In this document: positions 13,597-26,335 of the stretch, piece by piece | How the letters are laid out: every line of letters begins with the position of its first letter | Numbering within the stretch: the first letter of the stretch is position 1 | Assembly (NCBI GenBank): GCA_038087875.1 | Contig: CM075981.1 | Location: 67,580,001 to 67,644,000, forward strand | DNA: 64,000 bases | Source of the DNA: Malacoraja senta | Taxonomy: Eukaryota | Reading direction: 5' to 3' | Program-made: the position numbers and the translations under genes | The notes under the pieces: generated by a model | Seen by the model: only the letters and a program-made list of their open reading frames with translations | The model's database searches: none | Told to the model about the DNA's origin: nothing

Positions 13597-13904
13597 AATG
13601 TGGAATGTTACTGGTTGGCACCCATGTGAAAGCTGCCTGATGTATCCAATAATCGTAAGAAGGAGAGGGACAAAATGCTGGAGTAACTCAGCGGGTCAGG
13701 CAGCAGCTCTGGAGAAAAGGAAGAATGGCAAGTAGGAGATGGCTCCATAAGCTGGCGCCTCCAATCTGGTCATGGAGGAACAATCTTGCAGGAGTCACAG
13801 CATACGCGAGCAGAGTTCTGATGGATGAGGAGATACAGTACATTGGGTATAAATTGTGTAGGAAATATTTTTGTCATTTTTTGATTTTACAGCTCACATG
13901 AGAG

Positions 13905-14240
13905 GTCATAAGATCATAAGGTCATAGGTGATAGGACCAGAATTAGACCATTTGACCCATCAAGTCCAATTCACCATTGCTGATTTATCCCTCCCTGCTA
14001 ACCCCATTCTTCTGCCATCTCCCCATAACCCTTGACACCCATACTAATCAAGAATCTATCTATCTCTGCCTTAAAAATATTCATTGTTGGCCACCAACGC
14101 CTTCTGCGGCAAATAATTCCACAGATTCACCATGCTCTAACTAAAGAAATGTGTCCTCATCTCCTTCCTAAAGGAACGTCCTTTAATTCTGATGCTATGA
14201 CCTCTAGTCCTGGACTCTCCTACTAGTGGAAACATCCAGA
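13905..14240 (-). mobile_element. CR1 3' end
   Basis: (TCATAAG)-type tail and reverse-complement CR1 3' sequence. Confidence 0.7.
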
Positions 14241-15002
14241 CCTCCTCATCCCTCCCCCCACTCCCTCACAGAACACTGAAGATAACTACAGGGAACACAC
14301 GAGGAAGCAAGCACATAGCATAAAGACTCGGTATAGTCTGAGCAAAGACATGGAAGATGCTGGCGCAATTACTGAGACTATCTCAAGGATGCAGGGGATG
14401 CTCAGCTTGAGAGGTGCAGGCCAACACTAAAATATTAACGAGTACTTTGCATAACTATTTACTAAGGAAGAGGATGTTGACAAAATATATATTGGAAGGG
14501 GGTGGGTGTTGGATGAGGTGAGAATTAATAGGCAAGATTGTTGGAAAGGTTGTTTATTCTTAGAAAATACACGTTGCCTGAGCCAGATGGCTTATATCCC
14601 AGGTTGGGAGGGGAAGTGGGCATGGAGATCACAAAAGGCTTTGCCACAATTTTACAATAGTTTGAGTATTGGAAAGTGGCAAATGTGAAAACAATTGTTC
14701 ATTGTATGTGGATATTCCTAGTAAACATGGACAATTTAGTTTAACTTTAGAGATGGACAGGGTTTAAAAAATTATAATTAGGGAGAAAATTATCACGGAG
14801 TATGAGTTAAGTAAGGAGAACCAGACTGGATTTGCAATAGGCAGATAGTATATGACTAACCAAATCATTTTTTAATGAAATAGCAGAGAAAGGTACTGTA
14901 GGGATGTTGGATTGTAAGGAAGTGTTTGACAAAGTACCAAATGGAAAGCTGGTTAATAAAAATAAAGCACATGGAATACAAGAGTCAGTGTTAACTTGGA
15001 TA

Positions 15003-16398
15003 TCTATATTGCTAAAAGTCTGATCTTGACCACTTCCTGTTGTTCTGTATATTGATTTTAGAAAAAACGCTGCCACATACGGCTGTGATTTTTGGCCATC
15101 TTACTCAGAGCACCTCTCTGCTGCGCAGGACAAGAGGATTTTTCCCATCGATGAAAAATAAAAGAGTTATTAGTGTTTTAAAAATGTTGAGATTCTCTCT
15201 CCTGAAGGCCACGCCCCTTCCGGAGGGACTATAAAACCCGGAAGTATTGAGTGCCTCAGTCAGTCTCTGCAAGATGGGGGAGCGAGAGGGTCACGTCTCT
15301 CAGTCTGAGCTGTGAATAACACTGAACACATGTCTACTAAACTGTGAGTGGTTTTACTGACCTGTCAGTGCCCTTAATGTGGTTTGAAAATATAGTTTGG
15401 AAATGCTAAAGTTGTGTTGCCTTTGGTTTGGAAATGCTAAAGCTGTGTTGCCTTTGGTTTGGAAATGCTAAAGCTGTGTTGCCTTTGGTTTGGAAATGCT
15501 AAAGCTGTGTTGCCATTGGTTTGGAAATGCTAAAGCTGTGTTGCCTTTGGTTTGGAAATGCTAAAGCTGTGTTGCCTTTGGTTTGGAAATGCTAAAGCTG
15601 TGTTGCATTTGGTTTGGAAATGCTAAAGCTGTGTTGCCTAATTAAAGTTGCCTTGCCTAATTAAAGTTGCCTTGCCTAATTAAAGTTGTCTTGCCTAATT
15701 AAAGTTGTCTTGCCTTCTATATAATTAAACGTCTAATCTTCACCACTTCCTGTTTGTGCTTTATGTTGATTTTAGAAAAAAGCCTACCATATATGGCTGT
15801 GCTTTTTGGCCATCTTACTCAGAGTCCCCCTCCCCTCATCAGGTGCCGAGGTTTTTTCCCACGACAAAAAATAAAAGAGTTATTAGTGTTTTAAAAATGT
15901 TGAGATTCTCTTTCCTGTCAATCACGCCATGAAGGCCACGCCCGTTCTGGGGGAGGGGGAACGGGAGTATAAAACCCAGAAGTGTGGGCGTGACTCAGTC
16001 TCTGCAAGATGGAGGAGGGAGAGGTCACGACTCGCTGTCTTTAGTGGCCTTGCACCCTGCTTGAAATGGTAAGAAACTGCACTTGAATTTGGTGGCCTTG
16101 CACCCTGCTTGAAATGGAATTTCACGGAATAGACGCGAGTCAACTGCCAGCCCACCAACCGTGAGTGAGTGAGCTGCCAGCACAACAGGCTTGAGTCACT
16201 GAGCCGCCAGCCCAAGAATCCATTCAGCCCTCAATGTCCATACTAGCTCTCTGGAAACCAGTCCCTTCAGCCCACAACACCCATACTAGCGCTCCAGAAA
16301 GCCCCCCCCCCCCCACCAATATTGGAATTGGTGGAGAGGTGGAATATTGCATTGGGGGACCAGCCCTCCCATGTGATGCTGGGACCCACTTAGTCTAG
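15003..16398 (+). mobile_element. Composite non-autonomous Helitron with internal minisatellites
   Basis: A|TCTATAT... 5' end and ...CTAG|T 3' end, no TSD, second copy of the 5' module starting at 15716. Confidence 0.75.
15395..15711. repeat. Tandem arrays: 8 x 31 bp then 4 x 19 bp
   Basis: GTTTGGAAATGCTAAAGCTGTGTTGCCTTTG units from 15395; GCCTAATTAAAGTTGYCTT units 15636-15711. Confidence 0.95.
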
Positions 16399-17967
16399 TT
16401 TATTATAAATGGCTTTAGGATAGAAAATAGTAAGTTGTAGTGAATGGTTGTTTTTGAGACCGGGGTTGATGGATAATGGTATTCCAAATGGATTGGCATG
16501 GGAATCAATGTATTTTTCATGCATATAATTGAGTGGACCTTGGAACACAGAATATAATTTAAAAATTTGCCTGTAATGTCAAACCTGGGGCTGTGACAAG
16601 TAACGCGGCTGGTACCAGGACCTGGGCAGGCTGGCTGAATGGGCAGATATGGGGCAGATGGAGTTCAACACAGACAAGAGTGAGGTGATTCATTTTAGTG
16701 GAACAGAGATGGGGCGAGGCAGTATACATTTAACGTCACATTTTAACAATTGTACCACATAGAGATCTCGTGTTTATGTGTGGTGATCTTCAAATGCGGC
16801 AGAACAAATGAGTGAGTAGTTAGTAAAGGCTACATAAATATAAATATTTCGTACAATGTGGCAAAGTTATGCTGAAACTGATAACACTGTGATTAGGCGA
16901 GAGCAAGGATGTTGACTGCAGACTGGGCACCAAACTTTGGGAAGGATGAGAGTTCCTTGAAAGAGTGCAGATGAGATTTGCCAGAAGGATTCCAAGGGTT
17001 TTAGCCAGAATAGAAAAGGTGGTTGAGGGGACATTTGATTGAGGTTGTCAAGATTTTTGCAGGTTTATATAAAGTACACTAAGAAAAAGGCGATCCCATT
17101 ACTTATGGTAGAAAGACGGAGCAAGAGATACAGATGGATAAGTGCAGAGCCTCCTTGTAGGGTGAATGATAGTGACCTGGAACTCACTATCTACAAGAAG
17201 TGGAGACCATGGGTGTAGAGTGGAGAACAGGACCGAATAAGGAGCTGGCATAAATATGATGTGCCAAATGGCCATTTCTATGCCCTTGTGACTCTAATTG
17301 TACAACTACGTGATTGTCAAAATGGTTAGACATGTTCCAGACTCTCAATCATTGATGCAGGAGGACTTGGAGGCTGCCAGATAAGATGTAACGAAGCATC
17401 ATACCAGCCTGGAGACAGGATTCAGACAGGATGGACAGATGCGCAGTGAGAGGTTGAACCTGTCTCAGGCCATCCTTCTATGTTGGAGATGTACTGGGCA
17501 GGAGATTCTGGCCAGAGCCCATCTCTCCATGCTCTTTCAGCTTTGTGTGCTGAAGTGTTCTTGTCCCCTCTCCTTCAGGTTCAAGTTGCTCTGTGGGCCG
17601 CACAACAACATCCTTGGCACAGAGTCACTGGTGGGGAAGCAGCTCAGCAACTTTGGTCAGAGAACCTGCCATCAACCTTCCAGGCTTGTAGCTGCAGTTG
17701 AACTGTTGGACTGTATCGAATCTTATTTAAAAAAATAGATAATTTGTATCTATTTATTGAATGGAGATCAAAGTCTCACTGAACAGCTTAAATGGTGAGC
17801 TTCAGTCAATGAGCTACGTTCATTGCATCCCCTGCATGGAATCTGTATGTCATGGAGGGATTGAAACAAGCCTTCAGCCTGCCTGCATTTCATCAATTAC
17901 CTATCAAACCTTATCATTAAATATAATCAACCTGTATCATTTCTTGTTCCAACCATATGAAAGAAGA

Positions 17968-18330
17968 GACAAGGAACTGCAGATGCTGGTTTACAAAAAA
18001 AAGACACAAATGGTTGGAGTAACTCAGCGGGACAGGGAACATCTCTGGAGAACATGGATGGATTTTGGTTCAGGTTGGGAGTCTTCTTCAGACTGATTGT
18101 GTGTGTGGGGGGGTGGTGCTCACCTGGATACAGGTGAAGGTTGGGGGGGGGGGGGGTGTTCATAGGCAGATGGTTGGACAAAGGCTAGAGATGAAAAGAC
18201 AAAAGTTTTGAGATAAGGAAAAAGTTTGGAATTGTGAAGCCAAAGGAACTAATGTAGGTGGAAGGGGAGGAGAAGGAGATAAGTGGGTGCAAGTCCAGGT
18301 GAGGCAAAGGGGAGGATTGAGTAGTGGGTG
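17968..18330 (-). mobile_element. PLE 3' UTR/pLTR fragment
   Basis: AAGGAACTGCAGATGCTGG...TCTTCTTCAGACTGA followed by the purine-rich reverse 3' UTR. Confidence 0.7.
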
Positions 18331-19015
18331 GGGGGGGGGGGGTCATAATTTTGGCCTGATCCAAACTGCGTCTGATTCCAGTGAGTTCAGCTGAAATAAA
18401 CAGACAAGAAATCTTGATTGCTTTAAATAATGCAGGAAGAGGACTTATCCCTGCTGTTTAGACCTGCTTTCTCACACCGAGCGCTAATTCTGTACATGCA
18501 AACCAATTGCACAGGAGAGGTTTAAAGTGGGCACTGCATGCAGTTTGAGTTCTCCCCCGAGAACTGTAAGTATGTTGTCCATGTATGTAGTGCACATGTA
18601 AGCTACTTAATGAAGGCTACACTATGTGCAACAACACTACAAGATCATGATCACATGTAGCCATCAATTTTATGCTGCATTTTAATCAAATGGCGCATTA
18701 AGCAGATGCACTGTGCAATTGCATTTCCAGGCCAGAAATGCAGCAGCTAATTTGCACATACTGTACTTGTTCCACAACCAGCAATCAGACATCATTTTTT
18801 TTAAATGGTAACATTGGCCAGGAAACTCCGTCTTATCTTCAATAGGATCTTTGAAGGGTGCCTGAAACGTAATACATGGCAGCAGTTTGTCATCTATCCC
18901 ATAGGCAACATCTTTGGTACAGCACTGGAGTGTGATATGTTTATGTGTGTATACAATATATGTAATGGTGAGAAAACTAATCAGCTAGTTTAAAGTGATC
19001 TGATCAGTAAGATTG

Positions 19016-19210
19016 GAGGAAGGAACTGCAGATGCTGGTTTAAGCCGAAGATAGACACAAAATCCTGGAGTAACTCAGCATGACAGGCAGTATCTATGGA
19101 GAGATGGAATAGGTGACGATTCGAGAAGGGTTTCGACCCAAAATGTCACCCATTCCTTCTCTCCAGAGCAGCTGCCTGTCCCGCTGAGTTACTCCAGCAT
19201 TTTGCATCTA
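19016..19210. mobile_element. PLE-derived fold-back element, ~15-bp TSD
   Basis: TGATCAGTAAGATTG (19001-19015) / TGATCAGTCAGGTTG (19211-19225). Confidence 0.8.
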
Positions 19211-20330
19211 TGATCAGTCAGGTTGCAAGGCATTTAAGAAATGATGTTACTTCCACCTTGATTTCTTATTTTGTATTAATTTTAGCCTGTTGTTGGCAAA
19301 ATAGCTAGCTGCGTATTGCATAATTATGGTGGTTGTTAAAGGGAACTGAGAATATTCTGTGCTATATATTAGCCCATTGGGTTGAATTTGTTAAGTGACA
19401 GCTACATCAAGTTAGTCAGCATGGAATTCTGACCTAAATGTATTTTCATTGTTGTTTCATGTCAACATCTGGCTGCCCAAAGCAAAGTGCGTGGCATATT
19501 TTTATGGGATCGATGCAGCACGTTGCTAACTAGACTTGCTTGTCAAATCCTGTTTGCTTTGCAACCTCAGTAAAGTTAGACGGCGAATACTTTTCTCAAG
19601 GAATTGCTTTAAGGTGTATAGAAGAATAATTTTTCTCTCCTCTGAGCTGATGTGCAGTCAGGTAAGTTGACGATTTTGCGTCTATTTGAAGATAAAAGCA
19701 AAATGCGGGACAGGCAGCATCACTGGAGAGAAGGAATGGGTGACGTTTCGGGTCAAGACCCTTGTTCAGCCTGGAGATGATATTGCTTGTTTCACAAGAA
19801 GTGATTGTGCCACTACAAGAGTTTGCCAGAAGACGATGGAATTACCATTCTTATCAACAATCAGTTTGGTCACATGGATTACAAATGTCTATCATCCAGG
19901 ATATATCTTTGCTTCTGTTAACGAAATCATTATCAAAAAATTATCAATTTTAACCTGTACAATGTGATCTGGGAAAAGTATTTTCAAGTTTCACAGCTGA
20001 TTACTGAACATAATGTTCAGTACAAAGTATTACTGGTAAATAGGGTTTTGTAAACACTGTCTAAGCAGACCACGTGTCAATCTTGAGCTAGTCATATTCA
20101 ACATAACATACACTCAGAATGTAGGTGGTGATTTCAAAATATTATATACATTCCTTTCATAGCGGTGTTATCCCTTCCTCAAAAGAATTGGTTAAAATCT
20201 CCAAACAACAAAAGAAATACTAGCTGCAAAGGTATTCATCGCTTGTTATCTGATACTGACTGACGCAAGTTCCACAAGGTTATCTGGTAGGGTAACACAC
20301 ATCACCTATGTTTCCAGTGGAGGGGAGCAT

Positions 20331-20428
20331 GTCTGAAGAAGGGTCTCGACCCAAAACATCACCCATTCCTTCTCTCCAGAGATGCTGCCTGTCCTGCTGA
20401 GTTAATCCAGCATTTTGTGTCAGTCTTC
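20331..20428 (+). mobile_element. Solo PLE pLTR arm beginning at the hammerhead core
   Basis: GTCTGAAGAAGGGTCTCGACCCAAAACATCACC... Confidence 0.8.
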
Positions 20429-20544
20429 ACTTTGAACATTCAGTGTTTTCACAACTCACTTCTAAGTCAGCATCATTTGCAATCTAAATACTTTTTTTTG
20501 TTTGGTTTCGCAGATCTGTAGCCGAGAACAAAAGGTACAAGAAG

Positions 20545-20822
20545 TTGTGGTTGGATGAGGTGCAAGTGAACCTCTGCCTCACCTGAAAGGACTGTCAGAG
20601 TCCCTGGATGGGTTCGAGGGAGGAGGTATAAGGACAGGTGTTGCATCTCCTGCAGTTGCAGGGGGAAGTTCATGGGGAAGGGATGGTTTGGGTGAGAAGG
20701 TATGAGTGAACCAGGGAGTTGCAGAGGGAACTGTCTCTGCTGAAAGCCGAAAGGGGGGGAGATGGGAAGATGTGACTAGTGGTGGGATCCCGTTGGAGGT
20801 GACGGAAATGTTGCAGGATTGA
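20545..20822 (-). mobile_element. PLE ORF fragment (linker region)
   Basis: Reverse complement of the QRDPTT-HIFPSPP...QVRQRFTCTSSNL region seen at 715-965. Confidence 0.8.
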
Positions 20823-22135
20823 GTGTTGTACAACAGGCTAACCAAAACTGAACACAATATTCCAAATGTGGCTTCACCAGTGTCTTGTACAAGACAAGCA
20901 GACAGGTATTTCTGTGGCTGTGAATTATGCTTTCAAATGTTATGTTGCATCTCTGATGCCAGAGTCAGTGATGTCTCCGAGCGGCTGCAGGAGGAAGGTG
21001 AAGATCCTGTAGTTGACACCAACACGGTGGCATGGTGGGTTGAAGGGCCTGTTTCTATGCTTCACTAACACACGCACACAAACACACACAGGCATGCGCA
21101 CACACACTAATAAACACGCCCACAAGCCACACACATAGGCATATACACACACGGGCACAGGAAAATGGGAGGAGTAGGCCATTCGACCCCCCATGCCTGT
21201 CCCACCATTCTATATTATCATGGCTAATCTATGCTAGTCTCAACTCTTCTTCTGTGCCCATTCTCCATAATTCTCAATTCCTCAATCTATTAAATATTTA
21301 TCAATTTCCACCTTAAATATATCTAATAATCCACCATCCTTGGGGGCAGAAAATTCCAGAGACTCACCACCTTCTGAGGGATGCAATTTCTGGGCTTGCA
21401 GACACACAAATATAAATACTATTATCTGGTTGCCAGACGTAATGGTAACTGAGTGTGTCTGCTGGGCCGGGAGATTTCTCTGCGCTGTGAGTTCTGTTCT
21501 GAGACAGGTAATGTGGGTGTGATTGCAAATAAGCATCACAATTGAGCTTGGTGCCTGTGTGTTGACATGGGGAATGGAAATGATAGTCAGCCAGGAACTT
21601 GGATCCTGGTGTAAGGAGCAGCAGAGAAGGACAGTAGGCAGTGCTCCCACATAGTCAATGGGCTGTCACTGTCCAGGCCTCAGTTCACAGAGGTGCCACT
21701 GCCCCTGTGACAGTGCCTGAAGACACTCTTTCTGTGCAGGAGGGGAACAAGTAAAAACACCACCATTTAAGTGAATTAAAAGTGAACAAAAGCTTTTCAC
21801 TGTACCTCGGTGCACGTGACGATAAAATAAACTGAATGGTTCAAACACGAAGACGTGCGGGCTTGTAGGTTAATTGGCTTCTGTAAATTGCCCCTTCATA
21901 TGCAGGATGGGTAATAGGGATAACATGGAACTAGTGTATGGGTGGTCGATGGTCGGCATGGACCCAGTGGGCCGAAGGGCCTGTTTTCAGGCTGTATCCC
22001 TGAACTAAATCTAAAGTAAACAAGCATGCGCTTGGTTAAAAGACAAAGAGAGCGGAATGAATGAAACACAGGATGATTGCAGAATGGAACTGTCATTGCT
22101 GAACCATTGTTTTAATTTGCACCTTCTCAGCACCC

Positions 22136-22349
22136 AAGATAGACACAAAAACACTGGAGTAACTCAGCGGGACAGGCAGCATCTCTGGAGAGAAGATGGG
22201 TGACGTTTTGGGACAATTCTGAAGAAGGGTCTTGACACAAAACATCACCCATTCCTTCTCTCCAGGGATGCTGCCTGTCTCGCTAAGTTAGTCCAGCTTT
22301 TCGTGTCTATCTTTGGTATAAACCGGCATCTGCAGTTCCTTCCTACACA
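22136..22349. mobile_element. PLE-derived fold-back element, 11-bp TSD
   Basis: TCTCAGCACCC at 22125-22135 and 22350-22360. Confidence 0.85.
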
Positions 22350-22927
22350 TCTCAGCACCCGAGTTGTTCCATGTTTTCCCTCTCTCTGGCGGCTGACCCA
22401 GATTTCCAGGTTGAGTGCCTTGCCTGGCTCGATGCAACAGGCTCACTAATATGCTGGCCGTCAATATGTATGACCCCGGATCATTGCAGGAGCGACTCCC
22501 TGAGAGCACCCGTGCCTCGTGAAGTTAGAATACGTCTGATTTTACCAAAGTAAGCCCTTTTTAAAAAATGCTTTGAATCCTCCCTGGAGCAGCAGCAGTT
22601 CTCTTGCTTTCAATTATTAGAGAGGAACTAAAATCGATACTGTGACATAATGTGAATATTTGTCCTGCTATGATGCCCTACCTGTTTGGAGCGCAAATTA
22701 AAAGACCGAGGTTCAGAGACAATTATTCTCAATGGAGGAGAAATCAGTTTAATTTAATTTATTTTATTATTGTCACATATACTGAGGTGCAATGAAAAGC
22801 TTTTGCCTTGTGCTACCCAGTCAAAGAAAAGACTAGACATCATTACAATCAAGCCGTCCACAGTGTACAGTTAAAAGATATATCATATGTATTGCAAGAT
22901 AAAGTACAATAAATGCAGATAAAGATA

Positions 22928-23195
22928 ACAAGGGGTCACAGTTTAAGGATAATGGATTTTTCATCCATTGAGTGGTGAATCTCTGGAATTCTCTGCCACA
23001 GAAGGTAGTTGAGGCCAGTTCATTGGCTATATCATTGGTTAGATGTGGCCCTTGTGGCTAAAGGGATCAGGGGGTATGGAGAGAAGGCAGGTACAGGATA
23101 CTGAGTTGGATGATCAGCCATGATCATATTGAATGGCGGTGCAGGCTCGAAGGGCCAAATGGCCTACTCCTGCACCTATTTTCTATGTTTCTATA
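22928..23195 (+). mobile_element. CR1 3' end (same family as 9938-10340)
   Basis: Near-identical to the reverse complement of 9950-10250; TTTCTATG tail. Confidence 0.85.
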
Positions 23196-23199
23196 ATTC

Positions 23200-23497
23200 A
23201 AGGTGGCAGAGGGTGGCACAGTAGGGTAGTTTGGAGACCTGCTGCCTTACAATGGCAGAGACCCACGTTCAATCTTGACTATGGATGCTGTCTGTATGGA
23301 GGTTGTACATTCTCCCCGTGACTGCGTAGGATTTCCCCGGGCGCTCCGGATTCCTCCTACACTCCAAAGACATACAGGTTTGTAATTGGCTTTTGTAAAA
23401 ATTGTAAATTGTCCCTAGTGTGCAGGATAGTGCTAGTGTAGGGTGCATAGACTCAGTGGGCAGAAGGGCCTGTTTCTGTGCTGTATCTCTAAACTAA
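23200..23497 (+). mobile_element. Near full-length tRNA-derived V-SINE/HE1-like SINE
   Basis: GGTGGCACAGT A-box-like, GTTCAATC B-box-like, central domain, CTAAA tail. Confidence 0.8.
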
Positions 23498-23520
23498 AGG
23501 TCTCCAATGAGGTAGATGGG

Positions 23521-23614
23521 AGATAGACACAAAATGCTGGAGTAACTCAGCAGGACAGGCAGCATCTCTGGTGAGAAGGAATGGGTGACGTTTCGGGTCG
23601 AGACCCTTCTTCAG
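23521..23614 (-). mobile_element. Solo PLE pLTR arm with intact hammerhead core
   Basis: Reverse complement CTGAAGAAGGGTCTCGACCCGAAACGTCAC at 23585-23614. Confidence 0.85.
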
Positions 23615-25539
23615 GACCACACTCTAGCTGGTAAGAGGACAGTTCTGTTGCCTGATAACAGCTGGGAAGTAACTGTCCCTGAATCTGGCATTTTCAAACT
23701 ACTATTACCTCTTGCCTGATGGGAGAGGGGAGTGACTGGAGTGAGACTGGTCCTTGATTATGTTGGTGGCCTTGCTGAGCCTGCATGAAGTGTGGATGGA
23801 GCCAATGGAAGGGAGGTTGTTTTGCATAATGGTCTGGTCTACATCCACAATTCTGCAATTCCTTGTGGTCTTGGATGGAGCAGTTCCCAAACCATGCTGT
23901 CATGCATCCCGATAACATGCTTTCTGCATCATTTCTGCAGAAGTTGGTGAGGGTTGTTGGGGACATGTTTTACTGGCCACAGCTTCAATGTGGCTGGTCC
24001 AGGAAAAATTGATGGTGATATTTATTCCTAAGAACCTGAAGCTTTCACCCATCTCTATTTTGGTGCCATCAATGCAGACCAGGGTGTGTGTACTGCTTAG
24101 TTAATCACCAAGTCAATCACGATTTACTTTGTCTTGCTGACATTGAGGAAGAGGTTTTTGTCTTTGCACCATGTTACAAGGCTCTCAATCTCCTTCCTGT
24201 ACTCCGTGTCATCATTATTTGATATCCGGCCCACTACGGTGCTGTCTTGTGTGAACTTGTAAATTGAGTTAGATCAATAGTTGGCTGCACAATCATGCAT
24301 GTATAAGCATTATAGTGGGGGGCTGAGATAGCCTTGTGGGGCACCAGTGTTGAGGATTATCATAGAGGGTGATTTGTCACCTATCTTTGATTGTGGTCAG
24401 GAAATCGAGGATCCAGTTGTGGAGATGAGTGCTGACTCAAAGTTCCACATGTTTGGAGATGAGCTCTGTTTGGGATAATGGTATTGAAAGCAGAGCTGTA
24501 GTCTATGAATAAAAGTGAGACATAGGTGTCCTTCTTATCCAGGTGTTCCAGGGATGAGTGTGGAGCCACAGGGATGGCATCAGCCATCAGTGGCCCGATG
24601 TGGCGATAGGCAAACTGCAGTGGATCAAGGCTGCTTGGTTGGCTGGATCTAATGTGTGCCATAACCAGCCTCTCGAATCACTTCATGATAGCAGATGTCA
24701 CGGCCACTGGACAGTAGTCATTAAGGCATGAGATCTTGCTTTTCTTTGGCACTGGGATTATAGTGGTCTTCTTGAATCAGGTGGGTACCTTAGAATGTAG
24801 GGAGTGATTAAAGATGCCTGTGAACACTAGTTGGTCAGCACAGTTCCTACAGCCGTGGCCAGGGACTCCATCTGGCCCAATTACTTTCCATGAGTTCACC
24901 CTCAGGAAGGTCGATCTAACCTCTGCAACAGTGACCCTGGGAAAAAGCACACTCGCGTCTGACGGAATGGCCTTCTGCTCAAAATGCAGTGTTTATCAGG
25001 GAGGGTCGCACTATCACCAGCAATGCTGCCTGACCTCACATGGACTGCGTGACCATCAATTACGGATTGTACCCTGTATACCTCAGCATTACACGTCCAC
25101 TGCCATGCTAACACAACATCATATATGTAAATACTTCATTCAAGGTAGGAAAACATGCTCAAGTCTTCACAGAACCAATGCCAAACACCATTTGACATTG
25201 ACTTACGGGAAAGACATATCGAAATACAATTAAGAAGGGCCAGCACACATATATAATGCATATATAATGCATATATATATATATATATATATATAAATGA
25301 AAGGGAAATCCCAATGAGCAAAGTTATTACAGCATTCTTTGAGAATTTATCTAGCAATGCGGAGAAAAGGGGAACCAGTAGATTTGACGTATTTGGATTT
25401 TCAAATTGCATTCATTAAAATGTCACATAATAGCTCAGCACTGGAGATCTGAGCTTATGCTGGTGATATATCTGCACAAAGGAAACATTGAGCAACTGGC
25501 AGGAGAGTACAGCAATAAATAGGGGGGGGGGGTTATTTT

Positions 25540-25900
25540 GAGAGAGATACAGCGCAGAAACAGGCCCTTCGGCCATCCGAGTCTACACCGACCAGTAATC
25601 CGCACACATTAACACTATCCTACACACCAGGGACAATTTACACTTATACCAAGCCAATTAACCTACAAAACCTGCACAGTGGTGGAGTCTACAGAGACCT
25701 GGGTGCTGTCCATATGGAGTTTGCACATTCTCTCTGTGACTCTGTGGATTTCCTCTGAATGCTCTGGCTTTCTCCCACATCCCAAAGATTGGTTAGTAGG
25801 GTAATTGGCCATGGTAAATTATCCCTCATGTGTCAGGGAGTGGTAGAATTGCAGTGGTGTTGATGGAAATGTGGGTATAATAATATGAGACTACTGTAGA
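25540..25900. mobile_element. Two SINE fragments in opposite orientation
   Basis: Minus-strand tail 25540-25675; plus-strand central domain 25690-25900. Confidence 0.65.
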
Positions 25901-25981
25901 ATTATTATTGATGGAGCAATAATTGTTTTATTGTATATTGATTAGTGTCACGTGTACTGAGGCACAGTGAAGCGTTTTTCT

Positions 25982-26335
25982 ATGATACGATATGATAGAA
26001 CTTTCCTTATCCCAGGAGGGAAATTGATCTGCCAACAGTCATAAAACATAAGATACATGAACCATGAAATTAAAGTGACGAGTGGAAAGGATTGGTGGGG
26101 GGTGGGGGGGGCGGGGGGTCAGGCTGCCCCACGACAGAAGGGGGAAGAGTTGTACAGTTTGATAGCCGCAGGGGAAAAGGATCCCCTGTGGTGTTCTGTA
26201 CTGCATCTTGGTGGAACCTGTCCGTTGCTGAAGGTACTCCTCGGGTTGATCAGTGTGTCATGGAGGGGATGAGCTGTATTGTCCAAGATGCTCCGCAGTT
26301 TGAGGAGCATCCTCCCCTCCAAGACCCTCTCCGTT
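25982..26335 (-). mobile_element. Rex-Babar-type LINE 3' end
   Basis: LLKLRSILDNTAHPLHDTL...PRCSTEHHRGSFSPAAIKLYN. Confidence 0.8.

Larger units (their letters stand above)
14440..17290 (+). mobile_element. Old CR1 ORF2 remnant split by the Helitron
   Basis: Degenerate FDKVP (14925), KFA (16562) and MEFNTDK (16658) motifs are collinear across the insertion. Confidence 0.65.
22750..24960 (-). mobile_element. Rex1/Babar-type LINE (RT and 3' end), defective, hosting nested insertions
   Basis: LDPLQFAYR...[30 protein letters not shown]; ESMLSGCMTAWFGN. Confidence 0.85.

Noticed and set aside
15395-15711. 31-bp repeat array as a CRISPR-like locus
   Set aside because: Units are contiguous with no unique spacers; vertebrate DNA; lies inside a Helitron-like element.
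23200-23290. tRNA gene
   Set aside because: A/B-box head of a SINE; no cloverleaf.
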